Made by a program: the position numbers and the translations under genes. This document shows, in pieces, positions 8,929 through 17,614 of a stretch of DNA of 64,000 nt; position 1 is the stretch's first letter, and every line of letters begins with the position of its first letter. The notes beneath the pieces were generated by a model. The model worked only from the letters and a program-made list of their open reading frames with translations. It ran no database searches and was not told the DNA's origin. Source of the stretch: SAR202 cluster bacterium bin87 (GTDB lineage Bacteria > Chloroflexota > Dehalococcoidia > Lucifugimonadales > UBA3495); contig MPNC01000003.1 of the NCBI GenBank assembly GCA_002238825.1, positions 322,732 to 386,731 of the forward strand. The letters are read 5' to 3'.

Positions 8929-9984
8929 ATGCGCTTCGGCCATTTTTTCTACCCCATGAAGTTCGACGACTCGCGCGACGACGTCGCGATCCAGGAATGC
9001 CTGGACGAGGCGGTGCTGGTCGAAGAGTTGGGTTACGACGCCATCTGGTTTGCCGAGCATTACTTCACCGGGGAGTGCGTGTATGGCGACCCGCTGGTGT
9101 TCGCCAGCGCGGTGGCCGTGAAGACCAAACGGGTCCTGCTGGGCTTCGGCATCATCGAGTTGCCGCTGCACAATCCGGTGCGGGTCGCGATGCAGACCGC
9201 GCTGCTGGACAACCTGAGCGAGGGCCGGTTGGTGGTGGGCACCGCCAAGGGTTCCAACTACAACGCCTTCGAGTACGTCGGCTTCGGGACCGACCCCGCC
9301 CTGGGCTCGGCCCAGATGGAGGAGGCCGAGGAACTGATGGTCACGGCGTGGACGCAGGATAACGTTCACTTCGAGGGTGAGCATTACCAGGTGGCGTTCC
9401 CCTCGGTGCGGCCGCGTCCCTACCAGAAACCCCATCCTCCGTTGGCTCGGGCCTGCATCAACCGCGAATCTATCATGGAGATGGCGCGCATCGGCCGGCC
9501 GATTTTGCTGCGCGGCCGTTCCACCAACAGCACCGCCGCCGATATCATCCTCTACCGCGACACCATGGCCGAGGCGGGGTTTGATGAGGAGACCATCGAG
9601 CGCAACCTGGACCAGATCTGGGTGTGGCGCGAGATCCACGTGGCGGAAACCGACGACCGGGCCATGGACGAGTTCCTGCCGGCCAACCTGGAGGCCTACA
9701 CGACCATACAGGGATACCGGGAGCAGTGGAACCCGAAGGAATTTCCCATGTCCTACCAGCCGCCGCCCATCCAGAAGGACGCCTACGGCGACCGGCCCAA
9801 TCCCGACGCGCCGGAGAACCTCGTGGGGAGTCCGCGGCGGGTCGCCGAGCAATTGGACGAAATGCGCAGCCTGGGCATCCGCAATCTGATGCTGACCAAC
9901 CGCGGGCTGATGTCAGCGGAGGCGACGCAGCGTTCGCTGAATCTCTTCGCCGAGCAGGTGATGCCCAAGTTCCCCAACGCCTGA
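8929..9984 (+). CDS. LLM-class flavin-dependent oxidoreductase (luciferase-like monooxygenase)
   Basis: MRFGHFFYP...LGYDAIWFAEHYFT... is a typical LLM N-terminus. A TGcTATAAT extended -10 lies at 8888-8896. Confidence 0.85.
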   Translation: MRFGHFFYPMKFDDSRDDVAIQECLDEAVLVEELGYDAIWFAEHYFTGECVYGDPLVFASAVAVKTKRVLLGFGIIELPLHNPVRVAMQTALLDNLSEGRLVVGTAKGSNYNAFEYVGFGTDPALGSAQMEEAEELMVTAWTQDNVHFEGEHYQVAFPSVRPRPYQKPHPPLARACINRESIMEMARIGRPILLRGRSTNSTAADIILYRDTMAEAGFDEETIERNLDQIWVWREIHVAETDDRAMDEFLPANLEAYTTIQGYREQWNPKEFPMSYQPPPIQKDAYGDRPNPDAPENLVGSPRRVAEQLDEMRSLGIRNLMLTNRGLMSAEATQRSLNLFAEQVMPKFPNA

Positions 9985-10058
9985 GCGGCGGCGACCCAAA
10001 ATGTCATTGCGACCCGGCGCTTGATGCGGGGGGCAATCTCTTCGGGTAGGCGCAACCC

Positions 10059-10300
10059 CCTCACGCGTACCCGCTTTGCCAGAGCTGGCGAAGTTCGCAT
10101 GGATACACAGGATGGACATGATCTAATTGATGAGACGCTCCACATCAGTCCAGAGTGAAAGTGGATAGCAGTAGCGAACAATAAGGTCACATGGGCTGCT
10201 CAACAATCTGACGAGCCTCTCTCATCCACCCTATACCATCCCATTCATCCTGTTTATCCATGAAAATTGTCCCTCTGCGATAAAATGGGTACGCGTGAGG
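10059..10300. mobile_element. 242-bp MITE-like element, copy 1 (TIR CTCACGCGTACCC / GGGTACGCGTGAG; internal GGATACACAGGATG ... CATCCTGTTTATCC)
   Basis: Near-full-length homologue at 36055-36296. Once the nested insertion is removed, the 9-bp flanks are GCGCAACCC and GCGCAATCC (8/9 match). Confidence 0.7.
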
Positions 10301-10303
10301 CGC

Positions 10304-10447
10304 CAGGGCTTTTCAAAGTCATTGCGAGGAGCGGAGCGACGTGGCAATCCCGTCGATGCACTAAGGCTTTCCCGTATGAGTCATGCCCCCGGAGCGAGAT
10401 TGCCGCGCTGCGCTCGCAATGACAAAAGCTACTTTGAAAAGGCCCTG
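10304..10447. mobile_element. 144-bp hairpin MITE (termini CAGGGCTTTTCAAAG / CTTTGAAAAGGCCCTG; core GTCATTGCGAGG...CTCGCAATGAC), nested at the edge of the 242-bp element
   Basis: Perfect 9-bp direct repeat GTGAGGCGC at 10295-10303 and 10448-10456. Near-identical core at 28221-28359. Confidence 0.75.
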
Positions 10448-10506
10448 GTGAGGCGCAATCCCTCGTTGAAAAACCGACCGAACCCGCCTCGATGGGGAGG
10501 ACAGCA

Positions 10507-10896
10507 ATGGAAAAGACCAGGAACAACCATCCCGACATCGCGCCATCCGGGCCGACTTTCAGCCGAACGGTGCGCGCTGGCAACTGGCTGTTCATCGCCG
10601 GCTGCACCGCCCGGGGCACTGATGCCCAGGGCAAGTCTCTGATGGAGCAAACTCGCGTGACTCTGGACCGGATAGCGCAAATCGTGCGCGCCGAGGGCGG
10701 GCAGCCGTCGGACATCGTGAAGATCACGACCTTCGTGACCAGCATTCCCGCGTGGCGCGAGGCGCGCGAAACCCAGGAGGCGCTGTGGGTCGAGTTCTTC
10801 GAGGGCGCCTACCCGGCGAACACGCTGATCGAGATCACGGGGCTGGCCGAGGCCGGCCTGGACGTTGAGATCGAGGCCACGGCCGAGATCAGCTGA
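10507..10896 (+). CDS. ridA: RidA/YjgF family reactive-intermediate deaminase
   Basis: ...NWLFIAG...TLDRIAQIVRAEGGQPSDIVKITTFV...YPANTLIEITGLAEAGLDVEIEATA. GGAGGA RBS before the ATG at 10507; the upstream ATG at 10492 is less likely. Confidence 0.85.
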   Translation: MEKTRNNHPDIAPSGPTFSRTVRAGNWLFIAGCTARGTDAQGKSLMEQTRVTLDRIAQIVRAEGGQPSDIVKITTFVTSIPAWREARETQEALWVEFFEGAYPANTLIEITGLAEAGLDVEIEATAEIS

Positions 10897-10916
10897 TAGA
10901 GGCTCCGGTCCACCGC

Positions 10917-11504
10917 TCACGCCGGGCGGTGGAAATCCTCCACCTGCTGCAGGTAGTTGCGCAGGAGGTCGTGTCCCACCAGCGTCATTATTGATTCGGG
11001 GTGGAACTGGATGCCCTCAACGGGTAGTTCCTTGTGCCGGACGCCCATGATCAGGCCGTTGTCTGTCCACGCGGTGACTTCGAGGAAGTCGGGCACGCTC
11101 TCGGGGTAGATCACCAGGCTGTGGTAGCGGATGCCCTCGAACGGGTTGGGGAGGCCGGCGAACACCCCCTTGCCATCGTGGTGAATCATCGAGGTCTTGC
11201 CGTGGCGGATCTCGCCGGCTCGGTCCACGGTCGCGCCGTAGGCATCACCGATGCACTGGTGGCCAAGGCAGACTCCCAGCACGGGCAGCTTTGGGCCGAA
11301 GTGCCGGATGACGTCGTTGGAGATGCCGGCCTCCCGGGGGGTGCAGGGCCCCGGCGATACCACGATGCCCTCGGGCTGCATCGCCTCGATGTCCTCGATG
11401 GTGGTCTTGTCGTTGCGGATCACCACAACCTCGGCGCCCAGCTCGCACAGGTACTGGTAGAGGTTGTAGGTGAAGCTGTCGTAGTTGTCGATCAGCAGCA
11501 GCAT
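10917..11504 (-). CDS. trpG: Anthranilate synthase component II / aminodeoxychorismate synthase glutamine amidotransferase
   Basis: MLLLIDNYDSFTYNLYQYL...GVCLGHQCIG...HPES triad motifs. Confidence 0.85.
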   Translation of the reverse strand: MLLLIDNYDSFTYNLYQYLCELGAEVVVIRNDKTTIEDIEAMQPEGIVVSPGPCTPREAGISNDVIRHFGPKLPVLGVCLGHQCIGDAYGATVDRAGEIRHGKTSMIHHDGKGVFAGLPNPFEGIRYHSLVIYPESVPDFLEVTAWTDNGLIMGVRHKELPVEGIQFHPESIMTLVGHDLLRNYLQQVEDFHRPA

Positions 11505-11944
11505 CAGTAAAGCTCCACCAGTTCCAGCCAGTTGCCGTCCGGGTCCTGGCAGTAGGAGGCCTTGCGTACCATGTTGCCGGCGTCGTCGTACATGGCGACC
11601 GGCGGCGTCGGGTAGCTGAGGCCCCGGTTGCGGGTGTTCTCGTAGAAGGCGTCGATATCCTCGACGAAGAAGGCTAGGTGGGCCGCGCGGACGTCGTTCT
11701 TGTCGAAGTCGGCGTAGCTGCCCTCGGGGTTCATGTACTGGATCAGTTCCAACTGGTGGCCGTCGCCCATGTCGAAGAACGCGCCCTTGATGTGCGCGTC
11801 GGGGAAGCCCAGCAGCGTGGCGGGGAACTCGCCGGTGCGCTCGGTGCGCATGGTCAGGTTCAGGCCCAGTACGTCCGAATAGAAGGCGACGGCGGCCTCC
11901 AGGTCCTTGACGATGAAACCGGTGTGGAAGAATGATTTGAGCAT
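11504..11944 (-). CDS. VOC (glyoxalase/bleomycin-resistance/dioxygenase) family protein
   Basis: FHTGFIVKDLEAAVAFYSDVLGL...HLAFFVEDID...DPDGNWLEL. Confidence 0.8.
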   Translation of the reverse strand: MLKSFFHTGFIVKDLEAAVAFYSDVLGLNLTMRTERTGEFPATLLGFPDAHIKGAFFDMGDGHQLELIQYMNPEGSYADFDKNDVRAAHLAFFVEDIDAFYENTRNRGLSYPTPPVAMYDDAGNMVRKASYCQDPDGNWLELVELY

Positions 11945-11996
11945 TGCGACCTCGCGTTATTGCATGAATGGACCGGATTGACGGGATGGTAGGACG

Positions 11997-13457
11997 TTAG
12001 ACGGCCCCCTCGGCAACGTCGATGGCGCGCATCATGGCGCCCGACTTGTGGCGGGTCTCCATGTACTCGTCCTCGGCCACGCTGTCCGCGACCACGCCGC
12101 CGCCGGCCTGCACGTACATGACGCCGTCCTTGAAGACGCCGGTGCGCAGGACCAGGGCGGTGTCCATGTTGCCGTTGTAGCTGAAGTAGGCCACCGCGCC
12201 GCCGTAGGGGCCGCGACGTTCCTGCTCGATCTCGGCGATGATCTCCATAGCGCGGATCTTGGGCGCGCCGGAGACGGTGCCCGCGGGGAAGCAGGCGCGC
12301 AACGCGTCGTAGGGCGTCATGTCGGACCGCAGTTCACCCTCGACGTGGGACACCAGGTGCATGACGTGGGAGAACCGCTCCACGTCCATGTACTGGGTGA
12401 CCTTGACCGTGCCGGGGACGCTGACGCGGCCGATGTCGTTGCGTCCCAGGTCCAACAGCATGATGTGCTCGGCCTGCTGCTTTTCGCTGCCCTTGAGTTC
12501 CTCTTCCAGAGCGTTGTCCTCGGCCGTTGTCTGGCCACGCGGACGGGTGCCGGCGATGGGATGCGTGGCCACCGTGCCGTCGTGAACGGTCGCCACCGTC
12601 TCGATGGCGGCGCCCACGATCTGGAAGCCGTTGAGGTCCAGGTAGTACATGTACGGCGACGGGTTGCTGCCCCGCAGCGCGCGGTACACCTGGAAGGGAT
12701 GGGCGTCGGTGCGCCGGCTGAACCGCTGGGAGTTGACGACCTGAATCACGTCGCCGGCGTAGATGTACTCGATGCACTTTTCAATCGCCGCTTCGTACTC
12801 GGGCACAGTGAAGTTGGACTCGGTTCCTTCGGAGGAAGGCAGCGCCGGCTGTACGAGAAGTTCCGCCGGCAGCACCAGCGGACGGGAAAGGCGGTCTACC
12901 ATGCGCTCGATCTTGGCGGTCGCCGCGTCGTAGGCTTCAGCGATGTCGCCGCCGTCGAGGCGGGCGTGGCTGACCACCTTGATGTCGTGGCGCAGGTGGT
13001 CGAACACCAGCAGCGTATCGGTGAACATGAAGACCGACTCGGGCAGGCCCTGGGGGTCGGCCTCCGGCATGGGGACGCGAAGCTCGAAGTAATGCACGGC
13101 GTCGTAGGCAACGTAGCCAACACCGCCGCCGTGGAATGGAGGCAGACCTTCCACCGGAATGAGCTGGAAGGTGTCCATTTCCTGCTCCACGAGGGTCAGG
13201 GGGTCCACCGTGCCCGAGGGGTGGTCGGCGCCGGTGCTGAACACGTCGTAGGGTTCGGTGCCGATGAAGCTATAGCGGCCGATGCGTTCGCCGCCGGCCA
13301 CCGATTCCAGCAGGAACGAGTAGGGCGGTCGTGCCACCTTCAGGTAGGCGGACACGGGAGTCTCCAGGTCGGCGTTGATGGTGCGGTATATCGGGCAGAG
13401 GTTGCCCTGGCCGGCCAGGGCACGGACCTGGTCAAGGGTGGGGTAATACATTGTCAT
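11997..13457 (-). CDS. trpE: Anthranilate synthase component I
   Basis: Chorismate-binding motifs: LLESV...GRYSFIG, ...PSPYMYYLD..., GAVAYFSYNGNMDTALVLRT. Start taken at MTMYYPT. Confidence 0.9.
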   Translation of the reverse strand: MTMYYPTLDQVRALAGQGNLCPIYRTINADLETPVSAYLKVARPPYSFLLESVAGGERIGRYSFIGTEPYDVFSTGADHPSGTVDPLTLVEQEMDTFQLIPVEGLPPFHGGGVGYVAYDAVHYFELRVPMPEADPQGLPESVFMFTDTLLVFDHLRHDIKVVSHARLDGGDIAEAYDAATAKIERMVDRLSRPLVLPAELLVQPALPSSEGTESNFTVPEYEAAIEKCIEYIYAGDVIQVVNSQRFSRRTDAHPFQVYRALRGSNPSPYMYYLDLNGFQIVGAAIETVATVHDGTVATHPIAGTRPRGQTTAEDNALEEELKGSEKQQAEHIMLLDLGRNDIGRVSVPGTVKVTQYMDVERFSHVMHLVSHVEGELRSDMTPYDALRACFPAGTVSGAPKIRAMEIIAEIEQERRGPYGGAVAYFSYNGNMDTALVLRTGVFKDGVMYVQAGGGVVADSVAEDEYMETRHKSGAMMRAIDVAEGAV

Positions 13458-13489
13458 GTTGTGATTTCCAGATGTGTTGGGCAGCGGCG

Positions 13490-13730
13490 GCAAAAGAAAA
13501 AGCCCGTCCCCTGCGGGACGAGCCTTATGGCCGCGATGCCACCCTGCATACGGTGTTCTGCGGGCGTGTAACGCGGCCCATACGGCCCGGCCTACTCAGC
13601 ACGGCAACAAGTATGTTGCGGCCTTTCGGCGGGCGGCTCCGAGGTCCATTCCGCGTCTGCGCCTGGCGCCGGTTCGCAGCTAACCCGGCTCTCTGGGCCC
13701 CGCTGGACGCGTACTAATCCCCTTCACGGC
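13490..13730 (-). promoter_or_regulatory. T-box leader (tRNA-Trp-sensing transcription attenuator) upstream of trpE
   Basis: On the minus strand: GA/AGTA and AGAGA stem I elements; specifier loop GAA-UGG-A (UGG = 13646-13648 complement); T-box sequence GGGTGGCATCGCGG (13531-13544); terminator GCTCGTCCC-GCAG-GGGACGGGC plus TTTTTCTTTT (13491-13523). Confidence 0.6.
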
Positions 13731-13782
13731 AATTGGCTATTCAGATGTGCGGGATCAATTGTATGGCGGGCGGTTGGGGGCG

Positions 13783-14181
13783 TCAACGGCGCGCCGGGAA
13801 ACGGTCGAGCTCGCCCGACCAGTTGAGGATGTCACGGTCATCCGTTATCAGTTGGTGTCCTGCCTGCGCGGTGGCCATGATGATCCGGTCTGCCGGGTCT
13901 GCGTGGAAATCGGCCAAGTTGACGGAGCGGGCGGCGATCATGCCGTCAACGGGGATTTCGATCAACCCTGCCTCGAGCAGGTTCTGACGCCACTGGAGGG
14001 CGGTTACGTCCAGAGTGAGGCGGCGTCTCGCCAGCAGCAGGGCTACTTCCCAGACTGATATAGCCGAAAACGCAGCGTCCCGATCTGCGATTGCTTCCCG
14101 AATCCGGCGGTCGGCCAGTGGGCCAAGCCTCGGATTTAGGGTCGTGTACCAGATCAGGGTATGCGTATCCGGCAGTATCAA
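13783..14181 (-). CDS. vapC: PIN-domain toxin, VapC family
   Basis: MILPDTHTLIW...SVWEVALL...ADRIIMATA...LITDD (PIN acidic residues). Confidence 0.85.
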   Translation of the reverse strand: MILPDTHTLIWYTTLNPRLGPLADRRIREAIADRDAAFSAISVWEVALLLARRRLTLDVTALQWRQNLLEAGLIEIPVDGMIAARSVNLADFHADPADRIIMATAQAGHQLITDDRDILNWSGELDRFPARR

Positions 14182-14495
14182 GCAGGCTGCTCCTCATCCT
14201 GTCCCGTGTATGGAGCGTACCATTCCTCATCTTGGTCGGTGCGTAAGGTGTACCATTCCGGCGGCAGCGGAGATACGATGTCGCCATGTATTTGCGCGCG
14301 GCCTTTGAGGGAACCGCGCAGAGGGTCGTGTACTTCCTGATACCGGGTTATCTGCACGATGGGCTTGTCGCCGTCAAAGAGGATCGCCTTCCCATCATGC
14401 TCGAACACGGCGGCGATGATTGACAAGTATTGCTCGCCGAACTCTTCAACGGTGAGCGTATGCAGTTTTTCGTGGAAGGGAACGCCCTCGGGCAT
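14178..14495 (-). CDS. Type II antitoxin (Phd/YefM-like) paired with VapC
   Basis: 4-nt overlap with vapC. Small protein with an acidic C-terminus. N-terminal ...TVEEFGEQYLSIIAAV...GKAILFDGDKPIVQITRY. Confidence 0.7.
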   Translation of the reverse strand: MPEGVPFHEKLHTLTVEEFGEQYLSIIAAVFEHDGKAILFDGDKPIVQITRYQEVHDPLRGSLKGRAQIHGDIVSPLPPEWYTLRTDQDEEWYAPYTGQDEEQPA

Positions 14496-14545
14496 GGTTT
14501 CCTCCAGCCGACTGATGGGTGGGCATACTGACTATGTCGAGCATA

Positions 14546-15514
14546 TCACGGCGTCAGCAATATCTTCCCCGTTGTCGCCCGGCCTTCCATGCGGCGGTGC
14601 GCCTCGGGGGCTTCGGCGAGCGGGAGGTTGAGGGTGACCTTGAGCCTGATCTGGCCCGACTGGACCCAGGACAGGCACTCCTCGGCGCGCTGCACCAGCT
14701 CGTCACGCGTGGCGGTGTAGTCGCCCAGGCTGGGGCGGGTGAGGAACAGGGAACCATTGCGCAGCATTCCGGAATCCACCGGACCCACGGGACCGCCGGC
14801 CTGCCCGTATAGGGCCATGCAGCCGCGCCGCCCCAGGACCCGCAGGCCCTTTTCGAAAGTGGTAGCGCCCACTGCGTCGTAGATGATCTTGACGCCCTGG
14901 CCGTCGGTCATCCGCCGGATCTCTTCCTCGAAGTCCTGTCGCGTGTAGAGAATAACGTCGTCGGCGCCGGCGTTGCTGGCCAGCGCGGCCTTGTCGTCGG
15001 TGGAAACCGTGGTGTACACGTGGAGGCCCATGCGCTTCAACATCTGAATGAGCAGCAGGCCCATCCCACCGGCGCCAGCGTGGACCAGCGCGCTCTGTCC
15101 CGCCTGCAAAGGCGCGATGTCGTTGACCAGGAAGTGGGCGGTCATGCACTGGAGCAGGGTGGCGGCGCCCGTCTCGAAGTCCATGGCGTCGGGGATGCGA
15201 ACCAGGAGCCACGCCGGGACGGCCTGCTGCTCGGCGTAGGAGCCGGTGTGCATGGCGTAGGCGACACGGTCCCCCACACTGACCTCGGTGACGCCGTCGC
15301 CCACGGCGATGACCTCGCCTGATGCCTCACGGCCGGGCGTCCACGGGAATGCCGCCGGCGGGTTGGTGCCCTTCCGGCTGGAGACGTCGGTGTAGTTGAC
15401 GCCAATGTTGCGGATGGCAACCACTGCTTCGCCGGGACCGGCGGTGGGTTCGGGCATGTCCTCGTAGGTGAGTACGTCGGGTCCGCCGACTTCGTAAGCG
15501 CGTATGCCTTTCAT
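14546..15514 (-). CDS. qor: NADPH:quinone oxidoreductase (zinc-type ADH superfamily, MDR)
   Basis: MKGIRAYEVGGPDVL...GVNYTD...ALVHAGAGGMGLLLIQMLK. Confidence 0.85.
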   Translation of the reverse strand: MKGIRAYEVGGPDVLTYEDMPEPTAGPGEAVVAIRNIGVNYTDVSSRKGTNPPAAFPWTPGREASGEVIAVGDGVTEVSVGDRVAYAMHTGSYAEQQAVPAWLLVRIPDAMDFETGAATLLQCMTAHFLVNDIAPLQAGQSALVHAGAGGMGLLLIQMLKRMGLHVYTTVSTDDKAALASNAGADDVILYTRQDFEEEIRRMTDGQGVKIIYDAVGATTFEKGLRVLGRRGCMALYGQAGGPVGPVDSGMLRNGSLFLTRPSLGDYTATRDELVQRAEECLSWVQSGQIRLKVTLNLPLAEAPEAHRRMEGRATTGKILLTP

Positions 15515-15519
15515 GGTGT

Positions 15520-16824
15520 CTAACCTCCAAGTACGGATGCCATTCCGGTCACGTTTTCGATTTCAGCAATGCCACGGAAACTGCTGACCGCTTCGTCGAT
15601 GTGGTCGGCCGGCAGGATGTAGCGGGTGCAGTAGAGGAATTTTGCGTCGAGCTCCTCAACGTCCAGACGCATTGCCGGCGAGCCGCGAGGGTGGTCGATG
15701 CGATGGCGCAGGGTGCGGCCGTCGGTGAGGGTAATCGCGACCTCGGCCGGATTGAGGGCCAGCGGCGAGGCGGGCAGGGTGGCCTCGACGGAGGTGCGCC
15801 CCATCATGGCGCGGACACCCTCGTCGTGCACTGCCGGGTCGGAGAAGAAGTTGATCAGGGGCGCGCCGTGACACAGGGTGGCGGCCGCGATGAACCCGAT
15901 GGACCGGCGCGCCTGCCACCCGTCGGCGGGCAGGACGTTGGGCAGTTGTTCGGTGGTGGCGGCAGTCACGCCGACGTGCATGGAAGAGACATCGGATGGC
16001 TCAAATCGGTGCAGCTGAGCAAGTCCGAGAATAGCGTCGATCACGCTGTGGCTCGCCGAATGGCAGGGATACAGGCGTATGGTTACCCCGGGGTCCTCGA
16101 GTCGCCAGTGGACGCCCAGGTCGGCGAAATCCGCCGTTCCTATGGTGGCGCCGGAGATCGCGCCGTCAATTCCGGCCTCGGCGCTCAGAGCGGCGATCAT
16201 GCCCTGCATGGCGGCTCTGCCCTCTGCCAGGGCGGCCGCGCCGGCGGAACCGTAGCCGGCGTCCCCGCTGGCCGAATCAACCGCCAGCCCGATCGCGCTG
16301 GCCAGACTTTCAGCGTCCAGCCCGAGCAGCATGGACGACGCCACCGCCGCCCCCACTGCTCCGGCCGAGCCGTTCGTTGACCCGGCGGCGCTGAGGCGCG
16401 CAGTAACCTCGCATCCAACGGCAAAGGCGGACAACACGGCCTGGCCGGCGTACCCGTGCATTTCGCCCAGGGCCATCACCGGCGGAAACACGGCTGCCGT
16501 GCAGTGCGCCCCCGTATTGACGGTGTTGTCGTCGTAATCAAGCAGCCGCACCAGGGCGGCGTTCACCAGCGAGGCGTACACGGGAGACGTGCGCATGCCC
16601 ATGCCGATGATGGTGCTACGGCCGTTGCCGCCCATTTCACGAACGACACGAGCCAGCGCGATGCCGTCGGGATGGCCAGCGCCGGCGAGAGCGGCGCCGG
16701 CGGCGTTGAGCATCATCTCGCGGCACAGCTCGGCCACGGGCGGCGGCACGGCGATGTTGGATTGGGCGACGCCGGCGGCGAACTGGACGATCTGTTTGAT
16801 GGGTTCTGATTCTGTGAGATTCAT
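15520..16824 (-). CDS. MmgE/PrpD family protein (2-methylcitrate dehydratase-like)
   Basis: 434 aa. The N-terminal ...RLLDYDD... segment and overall alanine/glycine-rich helical pattern are typical of the PrpD family. Confidence 0.8.
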   Translation of the reverse strand: MNLTESEPIKQIVQFAAGVAQSNIAVPPPVAELCREMMLNAAGAALAGAGHPDGIALARVVREMGGNGRSTIIGMGMRTSPVYASLVNAALVRLLDYDDNTVNTGAHCTAAVFPPVMALGEMHGYAGQAVLSAFAVGCEVTARLSAAGSTNGSAGAVGAAVASSMLLGLDAESLASAIGLAVDSASGDAGYGSAGAAALAEGRAAMQGMIAALSAEAGIDGAISGATIGTADFADLGVHWRLEDPGVTIRLYPCHSASHSVIDAILGLAQLHRFEPSDVSSMHVGVTAATTEQLPNVLPADGWQARRSIGFIAAATLCHGAPLINFFSDPAVHDEGVRAMMGRTSVEATLPASPLALNPAEVAITLTDGRTLRHRIDHPRGSPAMRLDVEELDAKFLYCTRYILPADHIDEAVSSFRGIAEIENVTGMASVLGG

Positions 16825-16898
16825 AGCAAGGCAAGGATACCGACGGCCGGCCGATGACGCAACGCAGGGGCGGAAAGGTCGCGGTGTATAATGCCGAT

Positions 16899-17090
16899 GT
16901 GGACAGCAGGGAGGTGATACGGCGGCTGCGGGAAGACGGCTGGTATGTTCACCACATTACTGGATCACACCATTAGATGAAACACCCAACCAAGCGCGGA
17001 ACGACATCAGTGCCCCACCCACGAAAAGATCTCAGGATAGGAACAATACGCAGCATCGAGAGGCAATCCGGTACCAGACTTCGGCCCTGA
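16899..17090 (+). pseudogene. hicA: hicA toxin gene interrupted by an in-frame TAG (16974-16976)
   Basis: Translation (V)DSREVIRRLREDGWYVHHITGSHH*MKHPTKRGTTSVPHPRKDLRIGTIRSIERQSG matches the HicA consensus (GSHHxFKHP...VPHP.KDL..GT...I) across the stop. It lies 11 nt upstream of hicB. TATAAT at 16887-16892. Confidence 0.65.
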
Positions 17091-17101
17091 GGAAACTCAA
17101 T

Positions 17102-17482
17102 ATGGAAAGAACCTACATCGCGTTGGTCGAAAAGGACCCGGACAGCGACTATGGCGTTTGGTTCACGGATTTGCCCGGCTGCATAACCGCCGGAAGTACG
17201 TTGGAAGAAGCCTGTGAATTGGCGCGAGAAGTGCTCATGCTGCACCTGGAAGGCATGGCAGCGGACGACGAGGAAATCCCGACCCCCAGTTGCGCCAACG
17301 ACGTGCTGGCACATCCCGACGCCGCTGATGCCATCGCCCTGATCGTTGTAGAGGCATTGCCGCAGCGCACGGAAGCGGAAGCTCAGGCCGAGTATGATGC
17401 GTTCATGGCGTCGGAATATGGACAGGAATTCATGCGGGAGACGGCGCCGTTTCACACTGCGGAAGGCTCTTACACACGATGA
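17102..17482 (+). CDS. hicB: HicB-family antitoxin
   Basis: YIALVEKDPDSDYGVWFTDLPGCITAGSTLEEACELAREVLMLHLEG (UPF0150/HicB N-terminal fold). Confidence 0.8.
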   Translation: MERTYIALVEKDPDSDYGVWFTDLPGCITAGSTLEEACELAREVLMLHLEGMAADDEEIPTPSCANDVLAHPDAADAIALIVVEALPQRTEAEAQAEYDAFMASEYGQEFMRETAPFHTAEGSYTR

Positions 17483-17614
17483 CAACTCAGAACACAGATC
17501 TGAAACTTCCGGCATCGGGTTTAGAGTTGATTTTCCGGTCCTTTCCGTTTGCGCTCTGTTCGTGATCGCGATAGTAGAGACGTAGGCGTTTTTCAGGCAC
17601 AGGAGAACGGGATT

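Noticed and set aside
10100-10160. Hammerhead-ribozyme-like TGATGAG ... GTGAAAG string inside the 242-bp element.
   Set aside because: No stem II complementarity follows the CUGAUGA-like box. The GAAA is not conserved in copy 2, which reads GCGCAAG.
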